DNA from: a virus
DNA: 64,000 nt
Reading direction: 5' to 3' (one strand)
IMG/VR virus record: IMGVR_UViG_3300047356_000838
Span: 21,780 to 85,779 of that record
The notes below the pieces were generated by a model. The model saw only the letters and a program-made list of their open reading frames with translations, made no database searches and was not told the origin of the DNA. Shown here in pieces: positions 1 through 8,838 of this stretch. The translations under genes and the position numbers were made by a program. Position 1 is the stretch's first letter; every line of letters starts with the position of its first letter.

Positions 1-474
1 GGCGCAGTTGTAAGTAATGACAGTGATATTATTGAACGTGTAAAACAGTTACGCAGGCATGGCCAAGTTGATATTCACACAGGCGGAAACAGCATAATGA
101 GCGAACGTGATTGTGCTGAACTACTAGTAAAACTAGAATTTTTTGATGACTGGACAAGTCGTCGCCGAGAACTTGCAGAATATTATACAGAAGAACTGGA
201 AGACTTGGTTGATTGTATTACTGATCCAACAGGAATGGTAAGCAAATTTGTAATTGCCACTGACAAAAAAAGTTGTTTAAAAACGCATCTAATACTAAAA
301 AATATACAATGCAAAGATGTATACGAAGAGCCGCTTGCAAACATGCCACAAGCAACACTTAATTGTGAAAGGTTTTTAAGCATTCCTTGCGATAGTTATA
401 CTACTTTGGATGAAGCATCAACTGTTGTAGAGCATATCAAAATGTTCTTTGAGCCAAGTCCACTCAAAACTTAG
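1..474 (+). CDS. DegT/DnrJ/EryC1/StrS-family PLP sugar aminotransferase, C-terminal part (5' end outside window)
   Basis: Frame is open from base 1: GAVVSND..IERVKQLRRHG..GGNSIMSE...LLVKLEFFDDWTSRRRELAEYY...FLSIP, the typical DegT C-terminal pattern. Confidence 0.8.
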   Translation, partial: GAVVSNDSDIIERVKQLRRHGQVDIHTGGNSIMSERDCAELLVKLEFFDDWTSRRRELAEYYTEELEDLVDCITDPTGMVSKFVIATDKKSCLKTHLILKNIQCKDVYEEPLANMPQATLNCERFLSIPCDSYTTLDEASTVVEHIKMFFEPSPLKT

Positions 475-1626
475 TTGCAGGTCTCCGCCCATACCAATAA
501 ATTCTAGTGCATCTTCTGCGCCACGCTTGCTCCAATCACCAAATTCTCCATTACCAACAGTGTACCATTGTTTAAGTCTAAACTGACTTTCGATGTCTTT
601 TTGTTGATCTAATTTTATGCATTCACGAAACGCAGTGCGCCAAGTTTCGTATGGCGTTGTTGCATAATCTGCAGTGCTACCTACAACAGGTACACTGGTG
701 TGCGGCATGCTAAGTGTAAAGTCTAGCCCCCATTCAGTGCAGTCTAATACTAACTGTTTGTTGTAGGCAATAATGCCCATGTGTCCATAGGTTAATTCTG
801 TAACAGGGTTGTATGAATCAAAGATATAGTGTTTGTCATTTTGCATGTAATCAGGCTGCCAGTTAAAGTCAAAGTCATCATGTACCCAGCACTTTGCAAA
901 TACATTTATAAACCAATCTGTTTCTGATATTTCTGCACAGGCTTTGTATGCTTGAGCTCTGCCATTTACACCATCAATTCTCTTTGCTCGCGGACACAGT
1001 TTTTGCAGTCGATCCCAGTTTAAATCGGCGTTTTTTTCGCCATTGGAAACATACACTACATCTAGTGCCTTATCCTCTATTTTATAGTCATTATGACGCA
1101 ATATGTATGGGTAGTCATAGTACTGTGTCCGAAAATGCTGTTTACAGTCACGCGGCACTAGTAGTACGCTACCACTTGCAGTAAAGGCATGTAGATTGCG
1201 TTTTTCCCATAGATTAGGATCGTAGTGTAGGTCACACGGAGTACGCTTTACCCAATCATACATATCGCCTAATGTAGTACGAGGTACACCGTTGCTGTGC
1301 CAGTTAATGTGTTCATACCAGCCAAGAACTTTAAGGTTGTCTGCTTGACGCTTAAACGCTGCTACAGGTACAAGGAAAGTATCGCCGTACTCGCAATCTC
1401 CGCTTGCCCAACAGTGTATTTGCGTTGCTTCCCAGGGTACAGGTTGCCAAGTAAAATCAAAGTGTGAATAGTCGCACAAGTCGCTGACAACCCAAACATA
1501 TTCTGTACTTGCCCGTTCAACTATACGCTTAATAGTTGCCAGATGTGTATTGTTATAGCGTGTGTATTTTGTGTGCGCAGGCAGCGTAGTTTCACCGCCC
1601 ATTTGCATGCAGTAAATATCAAACAT
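418..1626 (-). CDS. Phage glycosyltransferase-like protein (GT-A-like C-terminal domain), paralog of 15569..16480
   Basis: C-terminal half (DVVYVSNGE...AKRIDGVNG..QAYKACAEISETDWF...WRTAFRECIKL) aligns by eye with 15569..16480. Confidence 0.6.
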   Translation of the reverse strand: MFDIYCMQMGGETTLPAHTKYTRYNNTHLATIKRIVERASTEYVWVVSDLCDYSHFDFTWQPVPWEATQIHCWASGDCEYGDTFLVPVAAFKRQADNLKVLGWYEHINWHSNGVPRTTLGDMYDWVKRTPCDLHYDPNLWEKRNLHAFTASGSVLLVPRDCKQHFRTQYYDYPYILRHNDYKIEDKALDVVYVSNGEKNADLNWDRLQKLCPRAKRIDGVNGRAQAYKACAEISETDWFINVFAKCWVHDDFDFNWQPDYMQNDKHYIFDSYNPVTELTYGHMGIIAYNKQLVLDCTEWGLDFTLSMPHTSVPVVGSTADYATTPYETWRTAFRECIKLDQQKDIESQFRLKQWYTVGNGEFGDWSKRGAEDALEFIGMGGDLQLSFEWTWLKEHFDMLYNS

Positions 1627-1629
1627 TGA

Positions 1630-2142
1630 TTACCATATAGGACTAGGAATTTGTGTTATTCTGTAACTCTGATATATGCTCATGCGCCTTTTTATAACAG
1701 GACTGCGCATGCCATGTTCATGTTGAGTAGGATTAAACATTAGATATCCACCATTTTTAATGTAAGGAACACTGCGCCACATGCCATCTATGTAACAGTG
1801 GGTACCCATGCTTTCGTCACCTTTGCAAAGATATATCTGTACATTAGCACTTAGATTAGGACTCAGATCAGTGTGTACTTCATTTATATAACCTTCATAG
1901 TCATACCATAACTGTGTGCTATTAGCAAAACACGGTGTAGCAAAATATTCACTGACAACAGATTCAATCTCAGGTAAGTGCAATCCTTTAGCATAGTGAC
2001 CTTCGTCTCTGTTTTCTGCCCCTTGTCCCAGTCGTTGCCAACAATCTCTGTGTTTGAAATGCTTGCGTAGTTTCTTTATTGTTGCTTTATCAAATGCATC
2101 TTCGATGCGATAAAAATCATCATGTAGTTTAATTAACTGCAT
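1630..2142 (-). CDS. 2OG-Fe(II) oxygenase-like protein
   Basis: HxD (HTD), QIYL, distal H (HEHGM) and RxS (RRMS) facial-triad/2OG-binding pattern. Confidence 0.75.
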   Translation of the reverse strand: MQLIKLHDDFYRIEDAFDKATIKKLRKHFKHRDCWQRLGQGAENRDEGHYAKGLHLPEIESVVSEYFATPCFANSTQLWYDYEGYINEVHTDLSPNLSANVQIYLCKGDESMGTHCYIDGMWRSVPYIKNGGYLMFNPTQHEHGMRSPVIKRRMSIYQSYRITQIPSPIW

Positions 2143-3620
2143 ACTGTTACTCCATAACGTTTTTCAAATCTATCTGCATCAGCACGGTTGTTTACCATGG
2201 GTTCGCCTTTGATGTTTAGACTTGTATTAAGTAGCAGTGGACAACCTGTCATAAAGTACCACTTCTCAAGCAATGCTCTTACACCTGGATGATCGTTCTT
2301 ACCAACTGTTTGTACACGAGCAGTTCCATCAGCATGACAAATAGCAGGATATAGTTCTGGGTTCTTTAAATAGTACACACCCTGCATATATGGATTAGTA
2401 TCACCATGCATATTAAATATTTCTTCTGCATGTTCTTCTAGTACCATTGGTGCAAACGGACGGAACTTTTGTCTACGCTTTATTTCATTTACACGATCTT
2501 TAATATCATCACCGCGTGGATCAGCAAGCAAACTTCTAGTGCCTAATGCTCTTGGTCCAAACTCTGCACGACCAGTAGCAACACCTACAATTTTATCAGT
2601 CATTAATTTTCCAATAACTGCATCAACAGGATACTCGCCTCCCATGTCGTGTCCTAGATAAGGACCTTCCCACTGTAACCGTTTCCCATACATCAGTGCT
2701 GCAGCACCCAAACTATTACCACAGTCACCTGGATTAGGCATGATCCATAGGTTACGACACAGTCCACTTAGCATACTATTTGCCACACAATTAAGTGCAA
2801 CACCGCCCATGAACACTACATTGTCTTGTCTGGTACAATGCTTTTCAAATAGGTTGCGTAGTAATTGTTCAGTAACTTTTTGTGCGCCTGCTGCAACATC
2901 ATACTCAGTAAGTCCTGTGCCTGCAAAATGATCCTCGTCAATGCCTGCATGCATGTTATCTTTAAATGTTATGGCTTTATCGTCGTCAACTAGTTTTAAA
3001 TTTTCTTGGTATGCACTCAAATAACTTTTGCCATATGCTGCCATGCCCATTAAAATGTATTCATCTTCCATGGGCTTTAATCCAACATACTTTGTTACTG
3101 CACTGTAGTAAAGTCCAATACTGTGAGGATACTGCTGGCTCCAGATCTTTTTATATCGTGCAATGCCTTTGCCCAATATTTGTGGTTGATACCAAGCATC
3201 CCAAACACTAATCGTATCCCATTCACCAATAGCATCCACTACTATAACTTTTGCACTATCAAAAGGACTGGTTTGAAATCCTGCTGCAGCGTGACACTTA
3301 TGATGACCATAACTTGTAATAGGTGCCCTAAGATGATGACGTCGTGCAATACTCTTGGGTGTTGTGCTAAAGTCCAGTGCTTTGCGCCATTCACCACTGT
3401 ATAACTGTCGTGTGCGCTTTGACCAGTGATTCTCGTACCATGCTATGTGATTGGGCTCGCCATAACTGCATGCATCTTTAATCAGTACATCATTTAAGTT
3501 AGCATCATTCTTTATGCCGCTATAACGTTCTGCATGTCCAGCAAAAAGGATATCGCCTCGTTTATTAATTAGTGTTGCGCCAGCATCGTGGAAGCCTGCA
3601 CTAAGTCCTAGAATTGTCAT
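2133..3620 (-). CDS. O-carbamoyltransferase, NodU/CmcH/TobZ family
   Basis: HDAGA, ERYSGIKND, HHKCHAAAG, DAIGE, GGVALNCVAN, AEFGPRALGTRSLLADP, KRRQKFRPFAP, DGTARVQTV, LLNTSLN. Confidence 0.95.
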   Translation of the reverse strand: MTILGLSAGFHDAGATLINKRGDILFAGHAERYSGIKNDANLNDVLIKDACSYGEPNHIAWYENHWSKRTRQLYSGEWRKALDFSTTPKSIARRHHLRAPITSYGHHKCHAAAGFQTSPFDSAKVIVVDAIGEWDTISVWDAWYQPQILGKGIARYKKIWSQQYPHSIGLYYSAVTKYVGLKPMEDEYILMGMAAYGKSYLSAYQENLKLVDDDKAITFKDNMHAGIDEDHFAGTGLTEYDVAAGAQKVTEQLLRNLFEKHCTRQDNVVFMGGVALNCVANSMLSGLCRNLWIMPNPGDCGNSLGAAALMYGKRLQWEGPYLGHDMGGEYPVDAVIGKLMTDKIVGVATGRAEFGPRALGTRSLLADPRGDDIKDRVNEIKRRQKFRPFAPMVLEEHAEEIFNMHGDTNPYMQGVYYLKNPELYPAICHADGTARVQTVGKNDHPGVRALLEKWYFMTGCPLLLNTSLNIKGEPMVNNRADADRFEKRYGVTVCS

Positions 3621-3768
3621 CGTTTAATACCCATGTCTTGCTACAATAATAACACACTGCCACTGGTTTGTCTAGTGTTATTTTTATAGTGAACAGTGGA
3701 TGAGATTTATCTGGACAACTTAGTGTGCAGGGTTCATCAACTGTGAATGTTTCTTTACTTTTCGACAA
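3601..3768 (-). CDS. zf-CHCC zinc-finger protein (NDUFS6-like)
   Basis: SC...HP...CYYC motif. Probable TTG start at 3768, overlapping the Fpr stop region (the ORF track extends it to 3831). Confidence 0.7.
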   Translation of the reverse strand: MSKSKETFTVDEPCTLSCPDKSHPLFTIKITLDKPVAVCYYCSKTWVLNDDNSRT

Positions 3769-4480
3769 ATGCTTTCTCTTGTAGTAAATTTCCTGCACTG
3801 CGCTTACTGCCTTCAGTGAATCCAGTGTCAATGAACAAATTTTTCATGTCTGTATTAAAATCCATGCTGCCACATATCATAACTTTATCGCTGTCAGGTC
3901 TAATAAATTTCCAATATTCATCATTTGCAATATGTTCTTGTATGCGCCCACCAAGCACACCCTGCGCAGGCGTCTCCTGAGTCACAGTTGGATAGTAATT
4001 ATGAATGCTATCACTGAGCATCTCTTGTAAAAAATCATGATAGGCTAGTAGTTCATCATTTGTTCTCACTGACCAGGCTACATTTACTGTCCAAAAATTA
4101 TTATATGTATCTGGATCTCTGAGTATACTAACAAAAGGAGCAATGCCTGTGCCAGTAGCAAATAACCATAAGTTGCCGCCTAGTTCAATGTTAGCAAGTG
4201 TAAGTGTGCCAGTTGTGCGTTCCGCAACTTCTAAACTGTCACCCTGCTTAACATGCTGCAACTTGCTGGTAAGAGGACCGTCCTCAACTTTAATACTGTA
4301 AAACTCTAGGTAGTCATCACCAGGGCCAGAGGTGAAACTATATGCCCTGGTGATGTTGGTGTCAGGCAATCCAATCATTGTGAATTCACCTGCTGTAAAA
4401 CGAAAACTGCGTGGCCGTTCTGTGCGTATGCGAAACAATCTATCTGTATAGTGTTCTACTTCAGTTACATTTACAAGCAT
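3755..4480 (-). CDS. fpr: Ferredoxin/flavodoxin-NADP+ reductase (bacterial Fpr type)
   Basis: RAYS, EFYSIKVEDGPLTSKL, ATGTGIAPF, MICGS and C-terminal EKAFVEK. Confidence 0.93.
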   Translation of the reverse strand: MLVNVTEVEHYTDRLFRIRTERPRSFRFTAGEFTMIGLPDTNITRAYSFTSGPGDDYLEFYSIKVEDGPLTSKLQHVKQGDSLEVAERTTGTLTLANIELGGNLWLFATGTGIAPFVSILRDPDTYNNFWTVNVAWSVRTNDELLAYHDFLQEMLSDSIHNYYPTVTQETPAQGVLGGRIQEHIANDEYWKFIRPDSDKVMICGSMDFNTDMKNLFIDTGFTEGSKRSAGNLLQEKAFVEK

Positions 4481-4662
4481 TTAGCCATCTTTTTGATACA
4501 CTCACTTGCATATGTTGTAAACCAACGTGGTATAAAAGCATGTACAACCACCGCCAGTGTTGCTCGTTGCAGTTTAAACGCAATGCCCATTGCATGACAG
4601 AAATGTTTCCATGCTGTCATATTTGCATCAGTTAAATGCTGTTTACATTTTTTACTTAACAT
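4471..4662 (-). CDS. Small conserved protein, DUF6356-like
   Basis: HL....Y/W..H...A.....VHAFIP.WF...AS pattern; SD-like AGGA upstream. Confidence 0.6.
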   Translation of the reverse strand: MLSKKCKQHLTDANMTAWKHFCHAMGIAFKLQRATLAVVVHAFIPRWFTTYASECIKKMAKCL

Positions 4663-4670
4663 TGTTATTC

Positions 4671-4775
4671 CTATTTGTAGATAAACGGATCGCGCTTGCG
4701 TAGTTCTTTAAGTCGCTTGCGGTATCTTATTTCCATTTTAATTTTATTAATAATACGTTTAATAAATTTAACCAC
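4671..4775 (-). CDS. 34-aa basic peptide MVKFIKRIINKIKMEIRYRKRLKELRKRDPFIYK (not in ORF track)
   Basis: GTG at 4775 overlaps the end of the upstream gene, TAG at 4671; fills the only gap in a gene-dense operon. Confidence 0.7.
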   Translation of the reverse strand: MVKFIKRIINKIKMEIRYRKRLKELRKRDPFIYK

Positions 4776-4989
4776 TGACATAAGTTTTTTCCTTAGGTCT
4801 GTACCATACTTTTTGTTCATGTAGTTTACCAAGTAACTCTTGTATTTCCATCATTTCTCTTCTTAGTTCTTCACTATAATTTCCACTAGCAATTGCAATA
4901 CCACGCCTGCCTGCCTTTGCACGAAGCGCATGTTCAATAACTTCTATGTCACGCACACTTAGATCAAATTTTAGATTTGGTTTAGGCAC
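4768..4989 (-). CDS. Hypothetical protein (MPKPNLKFDLSVRDIEVIE...)
   Basis: Probable GTG start at 4989, directly after the upstream stop and preceded by GGAGA; helical/coiled-coil composition. Confidence 0.65.
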   Translation of the reverse strand: MPKPNLKFDLSVRDIEVIEHALRAKAGRRGIAIASGNYSEELRREMMEIQELLGKLHEQKVWYRPKEKTYVSG

Positions 4990-4990
4990 T

Positions 4991-5365
4991 TTATAGTTCT
5001 CCCTTTGCTCGCATCTCTGCACGAATATTTGTAGCACTAATTGCTTTAAGTTCTGGTTCTAAATCATGTTCAGTAAATGTATAACCTACGCCTCTGCCGT
5101 AACTGATGTCCACAACATTAGGTACACGCATTACAATATATTGTATGCTGTATTCATAACCTGCTGCACTGAGTCCATCACGGATACCATGCCATACTTG
5201 TTCATAGTCAAATGGATTATCTTCCCAGCCTTGCACATCACGCACCATGATAACAACTTGTCCTGTTACACTAAGAGCACGTTTAAACAACGCTGTGTGG
5301 GCATCATGCCAGGGTTGCCATCTGCCCAGCATTTGTGCTGTGGGCTTGCGCCAATCAAAACTCAT
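4991..5365 (-). CDS. Cytidylyltransferase-like (HxxH) nucleotidyltransferase
   Basis: MLGRWQPWHDAH, YGRGVGY and ISATNIR motifs of the Rossmann-like nucleotidyltransferase family. Confidence 0.75.
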   Translation of the reverse strand: MSFDWRKPTAQMLGRWQPWHDAHTALFKRALSVTGQVVIMVRDVQGWEDNPFDYEQVWHGIRDGLSAAGYEYSIQYIVMRVPNVVDISYGRGVGYTFTEHDLEPELKAISATNIRAEMRAKGEL

Positions 5366-5589
5366 GATAAATTTTCAATCTTATTGACAATTGATGCATA
5401 TGATAATGTCTCAATATGTTTAATAACATCAATGCGTATAGCGACTTGCTTGTGCAAATCATCTACTACTTCATGAACATCTTTGTCTTTACCAGGTCCT
5501 GATTTAATTAGTGCAGACTTTTGCTCTGTAATCAGTGCTAGTATTTCTTTTCTAAGTGCTTCAATCGCAACTTCTTTCCAGTTTTCCAT
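5362..5589 (-). CDS. Hypothetical helical protein (MENWKEV...)
   Basis: ATG at 5589 immediately follows the cytochrome c stop; ATGA-type overlap with the next gene. Confidence 0.55.
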   Translation of the reverse strand: MENWKEVAIEALRKEILALITEQKSALIKSGPGKDKDVHEVVDDLHKQVAIRIDVIKHIETLSYASIVNKIENLS

Positions 5590-5590
5590 G

Positions 5591-6016
5591 TTACTTTTCG
5601 CCCATGCTCTTAAGATATTCAATAATAGCACCGCGTTTTTCAGCACTCTTTTGTCTGTAGCTCATGTTTGTGCCTTTTACTAACTTCTTACTGTTAGTTA
5701 GCCAGGCATCCAGTAGTTCTTCTGTCCACTGTGGATTCTCATGAGCCCAAGCACTAAACTCTTTACTGTACCTGTTGTAAGCACCTGAACCTCCTAAAAC
5801 AGACAAGGCGGGAAAAGCTGAATTATCGTCTGCTACGCTTGTACCAACGCCGCGATTCATGATGTTCCAAAGATTTGGACCAAGTTTTTTTATGCTAGAA
5901 TCTTGCTCAATACTGTGACAAATACCGCAATTTCTTTTAAATTCATCTTTTCCGTCCAGTGCTAGTGCTTGCCCTGGAACTAACAATACTGCTATTGTTA
6001 ATAATACTTTATACAT
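5591..6016 (-). CDS. Class I c-type cytochrome (cytochrome c2-like) with signal peptide
   Basis: Signal peptide ending ALA, heme motif CGICH, GPNL, W..E.L..WL, and KGTNM distal Met ligand. Confidence 0.9.
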   Translation of the reverse strand: MYKVLLTIAVLLVPGQALALDGKDEFKRNCGICHSIEQDSSIKKLGPNLWNIMNRGVGTSVADDNSAFPALSVLGGSGAYNRYSKEFSAWAHENPQWTEELLDAWLTNSKKLVKGTNMSYRQKSAEKRGAIIEYLKSMGEK

Positions 6017-6489
6017 TATAGTCTCTCCGTGGGTTTTCCTTGCTGTGCAAGTATATAATTATTTACGACTTTTGTAAGTTCTGTATGTGTGTCATTAAAC
6101 CATGTTGCAACATTATAGTTAGCGTTTTGCACTGGTTCAAAAATTGAATCAGTGTGTGCAAATGTAGTGCCTGGTGCTGCAGGTTTAGTGCTTTTACTTG
6201 CTTCCAGTGTATTCATAAACACTGTGTAGTCTGCTGCAAATTCTGCACGGGCTGCACTAGTAGGACAAACAAAGTCTGCTACTGCAATTCTACCTGCCAT
6301 TACTACACCATCTGCTAGGTGACGCATGCGTTGTGCTTGACGTAAACGACCTTCTAAACTAAAGTCCCAGTCATCATACAGTGTTCTTACTTGATCTGCA
6401 TTTAGCCAAATGCCATTTATTAGTTCTGCAAAAGGTTCTGCCAGTGTGCTTTTGCCGCTGCCAGGTAATCCGCATATTAGTATTTTCAT
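6016..6489 (-). CDS. cysC: Adenylylsulfate (APS) kinase-like P-loop kinase
   Basis: GLPGSGKST, NADQVR, DFSLEGRLRQAQRM, ADFVCPT. Confidence 0.75.
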   Translation of the reverse strand: MKILICGLPGSGKSTLAEPFAELINGIWLNADQVRTLYDDWDFSLEGRLRQAQRMRHLADGVVMAGRIAVADFVCPTSAARAEFAADYTVFMNTLEASKSTKPAAPGTTFAHTDSIFEPVQNANYNVATWFNDTHTELTKVVNNYILAQQGKPTERL

Positions 6490-7574
6490 CGTAAACTCTC
6501 GAGTTGTCTTTGTTCGTGGTCTCTATCGCTCCAGTGATAATCATAGGTAGCACTGCTTGATCCGCACTCTATTTTATAAATGTCTAGATAGTTGCCCATT
6601 TGTCGCCATATGTCCTGAGCATCCGCTGTTCCAAAACTATTTAGCAGGTCAACTTCTCCCAGTTTTAAATAGCCTAAACTAAGTTTAGGATCATAGGGAT
6701 TGAACTTATTTGCTGCTAACCAATTTTGAAATCCATCTATTTCTTTACAGTGCCAGGGACTGTGAGTATCATACACAACATCATTGCCCCACTCAACATC
6801 AAACTCTCCGCTGTAGTATTGCAAATGTGTAATTGCTTCACATACAGTATCAGTAAGTTCTGGTGCACCCTCATCTCTGTACACTTCCATAAGTGTCTTA
6901 CCAATTTGACACCAGTGCATATATACGCCGCCTAGTTCCCTGTCATAACTATTGTCCAAAAAACCTTGTCTGTGTTCGTCTGTAAGCGTGTGTCTAGGCG
7001 CACGAAGAAATGTTGTGATTTGACTGGGACGAACCCAAAATGGTTCTACTTGTGCTTTGCGTTGACTTAGTACTAAACTTTCTATTTCATGACAAATATT
7101 GTTCAGTTGTCTTACTGCGTATGTTGTTTCCACAGTCATTTGTGATGCATATTCACTTGGATCTTCCACAGTTCCTTGTAGTAATTCAAAATGATTATGT
7201 AGCAAATTCATAACATCATGTTTTAATCTAAGGCCATGATTATTTTTGTTATCAGTGTACAAACCAACGGGATAATTTTCATCAAACCTTACTGTATCCT
7301 CACAGAAGTGTTCTTCAATAACATAATCTAAATTGCTTGTGTTTATAGTGCGTATATGTTTATTAAGATTATTGCAAAGATATTTTAGATCACGCTGTGT
7401 ATAGGGAAAGCCGTGGAAGCAATAGTTTTTTTCTAAGTGCAAACTTTTTTGCAGCACATCTTGTTCAAGTGCCACTATCCAGTCCTGTGCTAGTTGATTA
7501 TCTGCAGGAACAATATTATAATCCGCTAGTTCTCCAGTTTCATAATTTCTTAATACTACTTTAACAGATTTCAT
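6486..7574 (-). CDS. Hypothetical protein, possibly metal-binding
   Basis: 362-aa ORF coupled to its neighbours; HNHFE, NNICHEIE and MHW..IGKT segments. Confidence 0.6.
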   Translation of the reverse strand: MKSVKVVLRNYETGELADYNIVPADNQLAQDWIVALEQDVLQKSLHLEKNYCFHGFPYTQRDLKYLCNNLNKHIRTINTSNLDYVIEEHFCEDTVRFDENYPVGLYTDNKNNHGLRLKHDVMNLLHNHFELLQGTVEDPSEYASQMTVETTYAVRQLNNICHEIESLVLSQRKAQVEPFWVRPSQITTFLRAPRHTLTDEHRQGFLDNSYDRELGGVYMHWCQIGKTLMEVYRDEGAPELTDTVCEAITHLQYYSGEFDVEWGNDVVYDTHSPWHCKEIDGFQNWLAANKFNPYDPKLSLGYLKLGEVDLLNSFGTADAQDIWRQMGNYLDIYKIECGSSSATYDYHWSDRDHEQRQLESLR

Positions 7575-8838
7575 CCCAAAACTCTCTTGCTTGTATCGTA
7601 CCCAGTGTATCTCTAAACTTCATACCGCCGCGCAAATTGTCCATGGCTTGCATACGCCACTTGCCTTTGATTCTGCCTTTAGCAAACTCGTCTGGAAACT
7701 CTTCCTCAAAAGTTGGACGAGTTAATAAACTTTTTAACATTTCTCTTATTGTACGATTATCCACGTAGTCAGTCAATAACAATTCATTTACAATATGATC
7801 TAATATTTCTCGTGGAAGAAACAGTGGCGACATTGCAATATCTGGTGTAAATGCAAACGTAACTTTTGCAAGTATGTCTACGTTTAATTCTCTTGCCAGA
7901 CGGCATATGTTTACTATTTCAAATAGTCCAGGCAGTGTAAGTGTAAAGTCAATGCGCATCTTACGTCTATCACCATGAGTATACTCTAACCCTTGTTTAA
8001 AGTTTGCTAACCATTCCTCATAGTTTAATCCTGTGCGTATATACTCACCTACAGCGCCTGTGCCATCTATGCTTGCACATATTTGCCAATCACGAATGTT
8101 GGCAAGTATATCCTTATACAAGTTTACGCCACGATAATCAACACGACTTAGGTTTGTATTATATCGTGCATACAATCCAGGCCCATCACCCAGTTCTATG
8201 ATGCGTTGCATATAACGCCAATGCTGTTCATACATGAGTGGCTCTCCACCTACCCAGTATACTTCTTCAATACGATGTTCTTCAACTGCAGTTGCAAACT
8301 CTGCTTCCACAGTATCCTTTTGGAATTTTTCAATAGCACGTTTAACAGGCTTTTCCATCCAAGGTTCTATTTTGCCTTGCTTGCGAGCTTCTGTTTCCCA
8401 ACTGCTACTAAGCATAGGTCCACACATACGACATTTAAAATTGCACAAGTTACTAAAACGATAGTCCCAACTTACAGGCTTCATGGTTGTATAACCATCT
8501 GCATCTGTGCTAGTAATGACTTGGTCCCATTTGTGCTTAAACAAATGTGTGAAGTAATCTCTGTATACGTCTTGGTTAAGAAGTTTTTTATCACATACTT
8601 GACACGCATCTGGAACTTCATTGTTTAACATTTGTCTACGGATACTGCGAATGCCTGCTCCGTTCCAGTATTCTTCCAGTGTTTCTGGAGTGTACTCGTT
8701 GTCGCCTTCTGCTGTGTCAATGTACTGCGTAAAGCTCTGTGCAGGTTCACGACTGGCACAGCACAGTCGTCTTTCAGTTTGTGGGCTGAGATAGGTGTGC
8801 GTCCATGGCGCCATGCATAGATTTTCAGGTTTAGACAT
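7561..8838 (-). CDS. Twitch-domain radical SAM protein
   Basis: N-terminal CMAPW...LCC...CQVC, CNFKCRMC (CX3CX2C), GGEPL, YNTN, SIDG. Confidence 0.92.
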   Translation of the reverse strand: MSKPENLCMAPWTHTYLSPQTERRLCCASREPAQSFTQYIDTAEGDNEYTPETLEEYWNGAGIRSIRRQMLNNEVPDACQVCDKKLLNQDVYRDYFTHLFKHKWDQVITSTDADGYTTMKPVSWDYRFSNLCNFKCRMCGPMLSSSWETEARKQGKIEPWMEKPVKRAIEKFQKDTVEAEFATAVEEHRIEEVYWVGGEPLMYEQHWRYMQRIIELGDGPGLYARYNTNLSRVDYRGVNLYKDILANIRDWQICASIDGTGAVGEYIRTGLNYEEWLANFKQGLEYTHGDRRKMRIDFTLTLPGLFEIVNICRLARELNVDILAKVTFAFTPDIAMSPLFLPREILDHIVNELLLTDYVDNRTIREMLKSLLTRPTFEEEFPDEFAKGRIKGKWRMQAMDNLRGGMKFRDTLGTIQAREFWDEIC

